Positions 19,626 through 27,462 of a stretch of 32,000 nt of DNA are shown here, piece after piece. Positions within the stretch are counted from its first letter, which is position 1, and each line of letters starts with the position of its first letter. The DNA is from Cereibacter sphaeroides 2.4.1 (GTDB lineage: Bacteria > Pseudomonadota > Alphaproteobacteria > Rhodobacterales > Rhodobacteraceae), in contig NC_007493.2 in NCBI RefSeq assembly GCF_000012905.2, forward strand, positions 1,290,001-1,322,000, in the 5' to 3' direction. A program made the translations under genes and the position numbers. The notes under the pieces are model-generated. The model did no database searches. It worked only from the letters and a program-made list of their open reading frames with translations, and was not told the DNA's origin.

Positions 19626-20710
19626 CAGGCGGCCCTCCGGGCGCCGACCGGCAGCACGCGCCAGTCGTCGGCATAGACATTGATCTTCTCGGGCGCGAGC
19701 CGCAGGAAGGCGGGCCCCGTGGCGGCGGGGATCTCCTCGGGCAGAAGCAGGTTCACGGGCTGGCCGAAGGCCTCGCCGCGCAGGATGCGGTGGCGGCCCA
19801 CATCCTCGACCCGGGTGATGACCACGGGCAGGCCCTCGTCGGCGAGCTGCACGAACTCGGGCCGGATCCCGATCTGCACCCGGCCGCGCGTCGCCGGGTA
19901 GCTTTCCGAGAGCGGCACCGGATGGCCCATCACGCGCGCCATGGGGCCCTCGACCTCGGCCTCGAACAGGTTCATGCCCGGCGAGCCGATGAAATAACCC
20001 ACGAACGTGTGCTCGGGCGTCTCGAACAGTTCCTCCGGGGTGCCGGTCTGCACGACGCGGCCCTCGTGCATGACGACCACCTTGTCGGCGAAGGTCAGCG
20101 CCTCGGTCTGGTCGTGGGTCACATAGATCATCGTGTGACCGAACTCGCGGTGGAGCTGCTTCAGCTGGGTCCGCAACTCCCACTTCATGTGCGGGTCGAT
20201 CACCGTCAGCGGCTCATCGAAGAGGATCGCGTTCACATCCTCGCGCACCATGCCGCGCCCGAGGCTGATCTTCTGCTTGGCATCCGCCGTGAGGCCCCGC
20301 GCCTTCGAGGAGAGCATCGCCTCCATGCCGATCATCGCCGCGATCTGCTCGACGCGCGCCGCGATATAGGCCGCGTCCCGTCCGCGGTTGCGGAGCGGGA
20401 AGGCCAGGTTCTCGCGCACGGTCATCGTGTCGTAGACCACGGGAAACTGGAATACCTGCGCGATGTTGCGCGCGGCGGTGGGAGCATCCGTCACGTCGGT
20501 CTCGCCGAAGAGCACGCGGCCCTGGCTCGGGCGCAGAAGGCCTGAGATGATGTTCAGAAGCGTGGTCTTGCCGCAGCCCGAGGCGCCGAGCAGCGCATAG
20601 GCGCCGCCGTCCTGCCAGACATGATCCATCTCCTTCAGCGCATAGTCGGCCGGAGCCTTCGGCTTCGGCAGGTAGCTGTGGGCGAGGTTCGAGAGGGTGA
20701 TCCGGGACAT
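19625..20710 (-). CDS. ABC transporter ATP-binding protein, second ATPase (degenerate signature motif)
   Basis: 361 aa from MSRITLSNLAHSY. It has Walker A GASGCGKTT, Walker B ILFDEPLT and H-loop YVTHDQ. The LSGGQ position reads LTADAKQ. Confidence 0.9.
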   Translation of the reverse strand: MSRITLSNLAHSYLPKPKAPADYALKEMDHVWQDGGAYALLGASGCGKTTLLNIISGLLRPSQGRVLFGETDVTDAPTAARNIAQVFQFPVVYDTMTVRENLAFPLRNRGRDAAYIAARVEQIAAMIGMEAMLSSKARGLTADAKQKISLGRGMVREDVNAILFDEPLTVIDPHMKWELRTQLKQLHREFGHTMIYVTHDQTEALTFADKVVVMHEGRVVQTGTPEELFETPEHTFVGYFIGSPGMNLFEAEVEGPMARVMGHPVPLSESYPATRGRVQIGIRPEFVQLADEGLPVVITRVEDVGRHRILRGEAFGQPVNLLLPEEIPAATGPAFLRLAPEKINVYADDWRVLPVGARRAA

Positions 20711-20720
20711 CGGTGCCTCC

Positions 20721-21809
20721 TCAGGCCGCGAGCGCATAGGCCGCGGGGGCGGCCAGCGCGCCCTCGGCATCGAAAAGATAGACATGCGCCGGATCGAGCC
20801 AGACCGACACCTCGCTGCCCGGCGGCAGATCGTGGATCCCCGGCACGAGGCCCACCCAGAGGTCCGAGCCATGCGCCAGATGCAGGAAGGTCTCGGAGCC
20901 GGTGATCTCGGTGGCCGTCAGCCGGCAGGAGAATTCCACCGCCCGCCCGGAATGGCGGTTCAGCGCCAGATGGTTCGCCCGGAAGCCCGCCAGATAGCGC
21001 CCGTCGGCGAGACCCGCGAGGGCGCCCTCGGCCGGGGCATGGGCGAGATGGCCGAAGGTCAGCCGCGCGCCGGTCTTGGTGACGGGCAGGAAGTTCATCG
21101 GCGGATCGCTGAAGACGCGCGCGGTCGTGGCATCGACCGGCTGCCGGTAGACCTGCGGCGTCGGGCCGAACTGCGTCACGCGGCCCTCCCAGAGCGTGGC
21201 CGTATGGCCGCCGAGGAGGAGCGCCTCCTCGGGCTCGGTGGTGGCATAGACGAAGATCGCGCCCGAGGCCTCGAAGATCTTCGGGATCTCGAGCCGCAGC
21301 TCCTCGCGGAGCTTGTAGTCGAGGTTCGCCAGCGGCTCGTCGAGAAGCACGAGACCTGCGCCCTTCACCAGCGCCCGGGCCAGAGCGCAGCGCTGCTGCT
21401 GGCCGCCCGACAGCTCCAGAGGCTTGCGCCGCAGCATCGGCGTGAGCTTCAGCATCTCGGCCACCTCGCCCACCGCCCGCTCGATATCGGTGCGGCTCCG
21501 GCCTTGCAGCCGCAGCGGCGAGGCGATGTTCTCGTAAACGCTCATCGAGGGGTAGTTGATGAACTGCTGGTAGACCATCGCCACGCGGCGGTCCTGCACC
21601 CTCTGGCCCGTGACGTCCTGACCGTTCCAGAGGAGACGGCCCGAGGAGGGCGCATCCAGCCCCGCCATCAGCCGCATGAGGCTCGTCTTGCCCGCAAGCG
21701 TGGGGCCAAGGAGCACGTTCATCGTGCCGCCCTGAAGCGCGAGGTCGGTGGGGTGGATATGCACCCGGCCGCCGACCATGCGCGAAACCCCCTGGAGTTC
21801 CAGCGTCAT
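20721..21809 (-). CDS. ABC transporter ATP-binding protein, first ATPase (degenerate H-loop)
   Basis: 362 aa from MTLELQGVSR, with a GGGGGGAG Shine-Dalgarno upstream. It has Walker A GPTLAGKTS, signature LSGGQQQR and Walker B LLDEPLA. The H-loop position reads YATTEPEEA. Confidence 0.9.
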   Translation of the reverse strand: MTLELQGVSRMVGGRVHIHPTDLALQGGTMNVLLGPTLAGKTSLMRLMAGLDAPSSGRLLWNGQDVTGQRVQDRRVAMVYQQFINYPSMSVYENIASPLRLQGRSRTDIERAVGEVAEMLKLTPMLRRKPLELSGGQQQRCALARALVKGAGLVLLDEPLANLDYKLREELRLEIPKIFEASGAIFVYATTEPEEALLLGGHTATLWEGRVTQFGPTPQVYRQPVDATTARVFSDPPMNFLPVTKTGARLTFGHLAHAPAEGALAGLADGRYLAGFRANHLALNRHSGRAVEFSCRLTATEITGSETFLHLAHGSDLWVGLVPGIHDLPPGSEVSVWLDPAHVYLFDAEGALAAPAAYALAA

Positions 21810-21938
21810 TCTCCCCCCTGACATCGCGTCCGGCTGTGGCCGGATCTTCTTCACCCGCCCGGACCGCCCCTCCTCGAGCCGCCCGTCCGGTTTCCCTGCC
21901 GGGCTGTGCGCCCGGCCTTTGTTCGCTTCCTCCGGGCC

Positions 21939-23558
21939 TCAGCCCGTGTCGGCGCGGGCTTCCATCGCCCCGCCCGCATCCTTCATCCAGCCATCGAGCG
22001 CCGCGATTTCTTCGGGCGTGAGCCGCAGGCCCAGCTTGCTGCGCCGCCAGACCACATCCTCGGCCCGCTCGGCATATTCGCGATCCATCAGCCAACGCAC
22101 TTCGGCCTCGGTGAGGGTAGCACCGAAGTCCCGTCCCAGATCAAGCGCGCTGCGCGCCGGGCCGAGCAGATTTCGCGCGTCCGTCCCGTAGGCCCGCACC
22201 AGCCGCATCGCCCAGCGTTCGGTGAGGAACGGATAGTCCCGCCGCAGCCCCTCGGCCAGCGCAGGCGCCCCGTCCCAGGGGAAGTCTCCTCCGGGCAGCG
22301 GCACCCGGGCCGTCCAGGCGCCCCGCGCCTGCGGGAAATGCCCCGCGAGCTTGGCCATCGCGCTTTCGGCCAGCCGCCGATAGGTGGTGATCTTGCCCCC
22401 GAACACGTTCAGAAGCGGCGCGCCCCGGCTGTCGAGCGAGAGCACATAATCCCGCGTCGCCGCCGTGGCCGAGCGTGCCCCGTCGTCATGAAGCGGCCGG
22501 ACCCCGGAATAGGTCCAGACGATGTCCTCGCGCGTGACGGGCTTGCGGAAATAGTCCGAGGCGAAGGTGCAGAGATAGTCCTGCTCTTCCGGCGTGCAGC
22601 GCGCCTCGTCCGGGGCGCCGCGATGGTCCTGATCGGTGGTGCCGATCAGGGTGAAATCGGTCTCGTAGGGGATGGCGAAGATGATCCGCCCGTCCGTCCC
22701 CTGGAAGAAATAGCAGCGGTCATGGTCGAAGAGACGCTTCGTCACGATATGGCTGCCGCGCACGAGGCGCACGCCCTCGGTCGTGGGCAGGGCCAGCGTC
22801 TCGCGGATGATCCGCGCGACCCATGGCCCGCCCGCATTGACGAGGGCGCGGGCGCGATGCACCTGCCGTCCGCGCGCGCCCTCGGTCGTCACATGCCACA
22901 GATCGCCCCGCCGCTCGGCCCCGACCACCTTCGTCCGGGTCAGGATCGTGGCGCCGCGGATCTCGGCGTCGCGGGCGTTCAGCACCACGAGGCGCGAATC
23001 CTCAACCCAGCAATCGGAATATTCCCAGCCCTTGGTGAAGCGCGGCTGCAACGCACGGCCCGCCGGATCGCGGGTCAGATCGACGGAGCGCGCCGGCGGC
23101 AGGATCTTGCGCCCGCCCAGCCGGTCGTAGGTCTCGAGCGCGAGCCGGATGAGCCAGGCCGGGCGGCGGCCGCGGGCCCAGGGCATCAGCCGGCCGAGGA
23201 GCCGCGCGGTGGGCGTGTCGCCCGCAAAGCGCATCTCCGGCTGCCAGGGCAGAACGAAGCGCATCGGCCAGGAGATGTGCGGCATGGCGACGAGCAGCGT
23301 CTCGCGCTCTTCCAGCGCCTCGCGCACGAGGCGAAACTCGAAATATTCGAGATAGCGCAGCCCGCCGTGGAAGAGCTTGGTCGAGGCCGAGGAGGTGGCC
23401 TGCGCGAGATCGCCCATCTCGGCGAGCGTCACGCTCAGCCCGCGGCCGGCGGCATCGCGGGCGATCCCGCAGCCGTTGATCCCGCCGCCGATGATGAAGA
23501 GATCGACCGGATCGCTTCCGGTCCCCCGCTCAGTCACGCGCTCGCCTCCCGCTGTCAT
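21939..23558 (-). CDS. glpD: Aerobic glycerol-3-phosphate dehydrogenase (FAD)
   Basis: 539 aa from MTAGGERVTERGTGSDPVDLFIIGGGINGCGIARDAAGRG. The 26-codon extension to 23636 runs through an AT-rich patch with atypical codons and was not used. Confidence 0.9.
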   Translation of the reverse strand: MTAGGERVTERGTGSDPVDLFIIGGGINGCGIARDAAGRGLSVTLAEMGDLAQATSSASTKLFHGGLRYLEYFEFRLVREALEERETLLVAMPHISWPMRFVLPWQPEMRFAGDTPTARLLGRLMPWARGRRPAWLIRLALETYDRLGGRKILPPARSVDLTRDPAGRALQPRFTKGWEYSDCWVEDSRLVVLNARDAEIRGATILTRTKVVGAERRGDLWHVTTEGARGRQVHRARALVNAGGPWVARIIRETLALPTTEGVRLVRGSHIVTKRLFDHDRCYFFQGTDGRIIFAIPYETDFTLIGTTDQDHRGAPDEARCTPEEQDYLCTFASDYFRKPVTREDIVWTYSGVRPLHDDGARSATAATRDYVLSLDSRGAPLLNVFGGKITTYRRLAESAMAKLAGHFPQARGAWTARVPLPGGDFPWDGAPALAEGLRRDYPFLTERWAMRLVRAYGTDARNLLGPARSALDLGRDFGATLTEAEVRWLMDREYAERAEDVVWRRSKLGLRLTPEEIAALDGWMKDAGGAMEARADTG

Positions 23559-23580
23559 GACGGAAGGAAGCCCTCGGTGC

Positions 23581-23640
23581 GGCGTTTTGTCAATCCGGTT
23601 TTTCGAAAATGTGCGAAATGGAGAAAAAACGAACATGCGC
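23581..23640 (-). promoter_or_regulatory. AT-rich promoter/operator patch upstream of glpD
   Basis: This is the only strongly AT-rich stretch I saw in the window. It contains the perfect 10-bp palindrome TTTTCGAAAA (23600-23609). It has phased CGAA half-sites at 23604, 23614 and 23630. It also has AACGAACATG (23628-23637), resembling the E. coli GlpR operator half-site, and a TTGACA on the minus strand (23593-23588). Confidence 0.4.
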
Positions 23641-23969
23641 CGCCGCGCGTCGCGCTCTTGGGCGGGCGGGAAGCGCCGAGGGTGCCTGCGCGGCCCGGGC
23701 CGGCTGAGCGTTAGTTCACCCCGGACAGGCCAAGGGTCCGCGGCGATAGCCTTTTATCGAAGAGATGCCCGACCGGCGCTTCTCCTGTCGGGAAGGGGAG
23801 CCAGTGGGCCTCCTGTGCCTTGGCTCGCGCGTCAGAGCGTTGCACATCGCAAGGGGGGCGCGGCCGGGGCGGAGAGGCGGCGGTCCCCTCGTGCCGCGGG
23901 CCGTGATCGCAGGGGGTCTCGGCCCGCGCGGAGAGGTGGCTGCATCCCGGTGCAGGGGCACGAACGGGA

Positions 23970-23993
23970 ACGGCCGCCCCACAGGGCGGCCGT
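23970..23993 (-). terminator. Hairpin downstream of the 91-aa membrane protein gene
   Basis: ACGGCCGCCC, loop caca, GGGCGGCCGT form a perfect 10-bp stem 26 nt past the stop at 24019. The U tract is weak. Confidence 0.5.
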
Positions 23994-24018
23994 CTGCGGA
24001 GCGGGAAGATCCGTCCGG

Positions 24019-24294
24019 TCAGTTGGCGGGGGCGGTCACCGGAGGCGCCGGAGCATTGTCGGCCGAGGCCGGATCGCCTCCGCCGATGCTGCCCTGCTGC
24101 GCATCGGTCTCGACCTCGCCCGTGCGTCCGTCGATCTGGACGGCACTTCCTTCCGGGGCGTTGCCCTCTGACACCTCATGGCCGAACCACCAGACCATGT
24201 ATCCCAGCGCGAAGATGACGACGACGGCGATGCCGATCAACGGACCCCGGTGGCGACGCTTCTGCTTCTCGATGTCATTGTCGGATGCCGACAT
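24019..24294 (-). CDS. 91-aa single-pass membrane protein of unknown function
   Basis: It has a strong Shine-Dalgarno (GAGGAGGAG) followed by cga and the ATG. A basic N-terminus is followed by the TM helix LIGIAVVVIFALGYMVWWF and an acidic Gly/Ala/Pro-rich tail. Confidence 0.7.
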   Translation of the reverse strand: MSASDNDIEKQKRRHRGPLIGIAVVVIFALGYMVWWFGHEVSEGNAPEGSAVQIDGRTGEVETDAQQGSIGGGDPASADNAPAPPVTAPAN

Positions 24295-24341
24295 TCGCTC
24301 CTCCTCGGGGCTGGGCCGGCGCAGGCCGGCGTTCCGATCTT

Positions 24342-24366
24342 AACCGGCGCGGCAGCCAATGGTTCC
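24342..24366 (-). promoter_or_regulatory. ECF-type promoter candidate, GGAAC-N16-GGTT
   Basis: On the minus strand, GGAAC is at 24366-24362 and GGTT at 24345-24342. There are 47 nt to the ATG at 24294. Confidence 0.5.
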
Positions 24367-24405
24367 GGGCCTTGCGCCATCGTCGCCGGGGAGGCCCGCG
24401 CGCGG

Positions 24406-24430
24406 GGAACAAGGAGCCTCTCCGCCGGTT
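24406..24430 (+). promoter_or_regulatory. ECF-type promoter candidate, GGAAC-N16-GGTT
   Basis: GGAAC is at 24406-24410 and GGTT at 24427-24430. There are 30 nt to the ATG at 24461. It mirrors the divergent box at 24366-24342. Confidence 0.5.
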
Positions 24431-24460
24431 GCCACTGCCACCGATCAGCAGGAGCATCCC

Positions 24461-24820
24461 ATGGCCCAGACCCCGCCCGAGCGTCCGACAGAGGACCGCG
24501 TCCCGCCCGCCGGCTACACCAGCGACCGGCTCCGCCACGACATCGACCGGGGCGGGGCGGCCGACAAGGTGCCGTTCATGGACCCTGCCGCGGCGCCTTT
24601 GGGCACCGACGACGAAGCGGCCGGCACGCCGCCGAGCGCCGAGCAGATTGCCCGTGCCCGCGAGATGGAAGCGCGGCCCGCGGACCGGTCGGCCAATGCC
24701 GCGGCCCGGCCGCGCACGGTGGGCGAGCTCGCGGGCAATCAGGAGCGCCGCGGCATGCGCCCGATCCTGATCTTCGGCGCGATCATGGTCGTGGTGGTGA
24801 TCCTCGTCGTGGCCCTCTGA
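24461..24820 (+). CDS. 119-aa C-terminally anchored protein of unknown function
   Basis: It starts at MAQTPPERP, with an AGGAG Shine-Dalgarno 6 nt upstream. It has the conserved-looking block DRGGAADKVPFMDPAAAPLGTDDEAAG and the C-terminal TM helix ILIFGAIMVVVVILVVAL. The earlier ATG at 24359 would run through the promoter boxes. Confidence 0.7.
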   Translation: MAQTPPERPTEDRVPPAGYTSDRLRHDIDRGGAADKVPFMDPAAAPLGTDDEAAGTPPSAEQIARAREMEARPADRSANAAARPRTVGELAGNQERRGMRPILIFGAIMVVVVILVVAL

Positions 24821-24851
24821 CGGCAGGCGACGCTGCAGGACGACAAGCGAA

Positions 24852-24876
24852 AGGCCGGCAGATCCTCTGCCGGCCT
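24852..24876. terminator. Bidirectional terminator between the 119-aa protein gene and gcd
   Basis: AGGCCGGCAG, loop atcct, CTGCCGGCCT form a perfect 10-bp stem. TTTCG follows on the minus strand and TTCG on the plus strand. Confidence 0.65.
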
Positions 24877-24914
24877 TCGCCATGATGGAGACGAGGTTCC
24901 GCCAAGCTCCGGGA

Positions 24915-27260
24915 TCAACCCTCCGAGCCGTCGGGCAGGGCGTAGGCGATCACATAGTCGCCCGGTTTCGTGCCGACCGAGCCGTGCCCGCCCGCCACGA
25001 TCACCACGAACTGCCGGCCGTCCTGCTCGTAGGTCATCGGCGTCGACTGGCCGCCCGCGGGCAGCCGCGCCTGCCAGAGCTGATCGCCCGTGGTCACATC
25101 GTAGGCGCGCAGGTAGTCGTCGACCGCCGCTCCGAGGAAGGCCACGCCGCCGCGCGTGACGATCGGCCCGCCGATCCCCGGCACGCCCACCTTGAAGGGC
25201 AGCGGCAGGGGCGTCATGTCGCGCACGGTGCCGTTGCGGTGCATGTAGGCGATCTCTCCGGTGCGGAGGTCCGCCCCCGCGACGAAGCCCCACGGCGGCG
25301 CCGAGCAGGGCACGCCGAGCGGCCCGAGGAAGGGCCCCATGATGACGCCGTAGGGCGCGCCCTCGTTGCGGTTCAGGCCCTGTTCGCTGGCCTTCTGATC
25401 TGCGCCGGGCGGCGGGATGTCCTCGGCCGGAACCAGCTGGCTCGTGAAGGGCAGGTAGGTGGGCATGCCGAACATCACCTGCCGCTCGGGATCGACGGCG
25501 ACGGAGCCCCAGTTGAAGGTGCCGAAATTGCCCGGATAGACGATGGTGCCGTTCAGCGACGGGGGCGTGTAGCGGCCCTCGTAGTTCAACCGGTGATACT
25601 GGATCCGGCAGGCGAGCTGGTCGTAGAGCGTGACGCCCCACATGTCCTTCTCGCGCAGCGCCTCGGGTTTGAAGCTCAGCGCCGAGGTGGGCTGCGTCGG
25701 GGCAGGGGTCTCTTCGCGCAGAGCGCCCTCCTGCGGGGCGGGCTCTTCGGTGACGGGCAGGATCGGCTCGCCCGTCTCGCGGTTGAGCACATAGATGTCG
25801 CCCTGCTTCGTCGGCTGCACGAGCGCGGGCACCGTCTGACCGTCGATGTCGAGATCGATCAGAACGGGCTGGGCGGGCACGTCCATGTCCCACAGGTCAT
25901 GGTGCACGGTCTGGAACACCCAGGCCTTCTGACCCGTCGCCACGTCGAGCGCCACGACCGAGGAGGAATGTTCCTCGACGGCGGGCGAGCGGTTGAAGCC
26001 CAGCTGGTCGGGGACCTGGTTGCCGAGCGGGATGTAGACGAGGCCGCGTTCCTCATCGACCGAGAAGACCGACCAGGAGTTGGGCGAATTTGCGGTATAG
26101 GTCTCGCCGTTCATCCAGTCGATGGGGGCGGTCTTGTCGGGGTTGGCGCTGTCCCAGTTCCACAGGAGCGCCCCGGTGTTGGCATCGAAGGCCCGGATCA
26201 CGCCCGACTGCGAATAGACCGAGAAATTGTCGTTGACCGCGCCGCCGATGATGATCCGGCCTCCGACCGCCACGGGCGGGGAGGTGGAATAGTAGAAGCC
26301 TGCCGGGGTGTAGGGCATCCCGTTCTCGAGATGGAGCGTACCCTCGTCGGCGAAGAAGGTGCAGACCGCGCCGGACTTTGCGTCGAGCGCGATCAGCCGC
26401 GCATCGGCCGTCGGCAGATAGACCCGCTCGGCGCAGAGCTCTCCCTCGGCGCGTGCCGGATCCCGCCAGTAGGTCACGCCGCGGCAGGTCTGGTGCTGCC
26501 GGTCGGACTCGAGCCCGGAGCGCGCGTCGAAGCGCCAGGCTTCCTTGCCGGTCGCCGCATCGAGCGCGATGGCCAGATCGTGCGGGGTGCAGATGTAGAG
26601 ACGGTCGGCGACCTTCAGCGGCGTGACCTGATAGGTGGTCTCGGTCACGTCCTGCGGCAGCTTCACATCGCCGGTCTGATACTGCCAGACCTGCTCGAGC
26701 TCGGCGACATTCTGGATGTTGATCTGTTCGAGCGGGCTGTAGCGCTGCCCGTACTGCGTGCGGCCGTACTGGTGCCACTCGCCGGGAGGCGCGGAGGGGC
26801 CGAGATCGGGCTCGGCGCTGACCACTTCCGTCGGCAGCGAGCCTGCATGTCCCGCTTCGTCTCCGGTCCATGACCAGATGGCGGCCCCGATGGCCGCCAG
26901 AAGGGGCAGGGCCAAGGGCAGGCCGGGCGCGGGGCGGCCGTCCTCGGTCAGCAGCTGCCGCCGCATGAAGGGCAGGTAGAGCCAGATGCCCAGAAGCGCG
27001 ATGATGCCGCCGCGGGGAATGAGTTCCCACCAGTCGAAGCCCACTTCCCAGACGGACCAGACGAGCGCGCCGAGGATGAGGCCGCCATAGATCCATTCGG
27101 CGGAGGAGGAGCGGCGGAACACCTGCCATGCCGTCAGCAGCATGAGGGCTCCGGCCACGAGGTAGAACCAGCTCCCGCCCAGAACGGCCAGCCAGGCGCC
27201 CGGGATGAGGAGGCCCAGCCCGGCGAGGGCAAGGACGATGGCGGTCAGGGTAGCGGTCAA
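24915..27260 (-). CDS. gcd: Membrane-bound PQQ-dependent glucose (aldose) dehydrogenase
   Basis: 781-aa ORF. Five N-terminal TM helices align with E. coli Gcd (GGSWFYLVAG..., VWEVGFDWWELIPR). A PQQ beta-propeller follows. The start codon is TTG at 27260, preceded by GAGGAG 6 nt upstream. Confidence 0.92.
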   Translation of the reverse strand: MTATLTAIVLALAGLGLLIPGAWLAVLGGSWFYLVAGALMLLTAWQVFRRSSSAEWIYGGLILGALVWSVWEVGFDWWELIPRGGIIALLGIWLYLPFMRRQLLTEDGRPAPGLPLALPLLAAIGAAIWSWTGDEAGHAGSLPTEVVSAEPDLGPSAPPGEWHQYGRTQYGQRYSPLEQINIQNVAELEQVWQYQTGDVKLPQDVTETTYQVTPLKVADRLYICTPHDLAIALDAATGKEAWRFDARSGLESDRQHQTCRGVTYWRDPARAEGELCAERVYLPTADARLIALDAKSGAVCTFFADEGTLHLENGMPYTPAGFYYSTSPPVAVGGRIIIGGAVNDNFSVYSQSGVIRAFDANTGALLWNWDSANPDKTAPIDWMNGETYTANSPNSWSVFSVDEERGLVYIPLGNQVPDQLGFNRSPAVEEHSSSVVALDVATGQKAWVFQTVHHDLWDMDVPAQPVLIDLDIDGQTVPALVQPTKQGDIYVLNRETGEPILPVTEEPAPQEGALREETPAPTQPTSALSFKPEALREKDMWGVTLYDQLACRIQYHRLNYEGRYTPPSLNGTIVYPGNFGTFNWGSVAVDPERQVMFGMPTYLPFTSQLVPAEDIPPPGADQKASEQGLNRNEGAPYGVIMGPFLGPLGVPCSAPPWGFVAGADLRTGEIAYMHRNGTVRDMTPLPLPFKVGVPGIGGPIVTRGGVAFLGAAVDDYLRAYDVTTGDQLWQARLPAGGQSTPMTYEQDGRQFVVIVAGGHGSVGTKPGDYVIAYALPDGSEG

Positions 27261-27293
27261 GGTGGGCTCCTCATCTGGCGGCGTCGCCTCTGC

Positions 27294-27319
27294 AACGGGC
27301 CTCGGGGCGACTGGGTTCC
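27294..27319 (-). promoter_or_regulatory. ECF/EcfG-type promoter, exact GGAAC-N17-CGTT, upstream of gcd
   Basis: On the minus strand, GGAAC is at 27319-27315 and CGTT at 27297-27294. There are 33 nt to the TTG start. Confidence 0.65.
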
Positions 27320-27404
27320 GCTACGGAGCTTCTTCCGGCTGATCCGAGAGAAGAACGAGATGCGCCTTGCAGAGAGTGCCCTGCTCTCCCGGCCACACCG
27401 TCTT

Positions 27405-27442
27405 CCCCAAAAGGAAATGGCGCGCGGTTTCCCGCGCGCCAT
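27405..27442 (-). terminator. Intrinsic terminator of the PRC-barrel gene
   Basis: ATGGCGCGCGG, loop tttc, CCGCGCGCCAT form an 11-bp stem (27417-27442). On the minus strand it is followed by TTTCCTTTTGGGG. Confidence 0.7.
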
Positions 27443-27462
27443 CCGTCACCCTAGGGAAGGGA

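Noticed and set aside
23559-23636. A 26-codon N-terminal extension of glpD (MFVFSPFRTFSKNRIDKTPHRGLPSV)
   Set aside because: It runs through the AT-rich patch using many A/T-ending codons that are atypical for this genome. It precedes the FAD-binding fold by an unusual distance. The region looks regulatory instead.
23641-23969. A possible riboswitch or ncRNA in the long glpD upstream region, including a CCACTGG string reminiscent of a B12 box (minus strand near 23800)
   Set aside because: I could not assemble the other conserved cobalamin-riboswitch elements or any other known RNA family. A B12 element makes no functional sense before glpD. The ORFs here (23716-23982 -, 23765-24343 +) are Arg/Pro-rich shadows. 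The region is left unexplained.
24359-24460. The earlier ATG (24359) for the 119-aa protein gene
   Set aside because: The extension would be translated across both divergent promoter boxes, it is Pro/Gly/Ala/Arg-rich, and it lacks a Shine-Dalgarno. The ATG at 24461 has AGGAG at the right distance.
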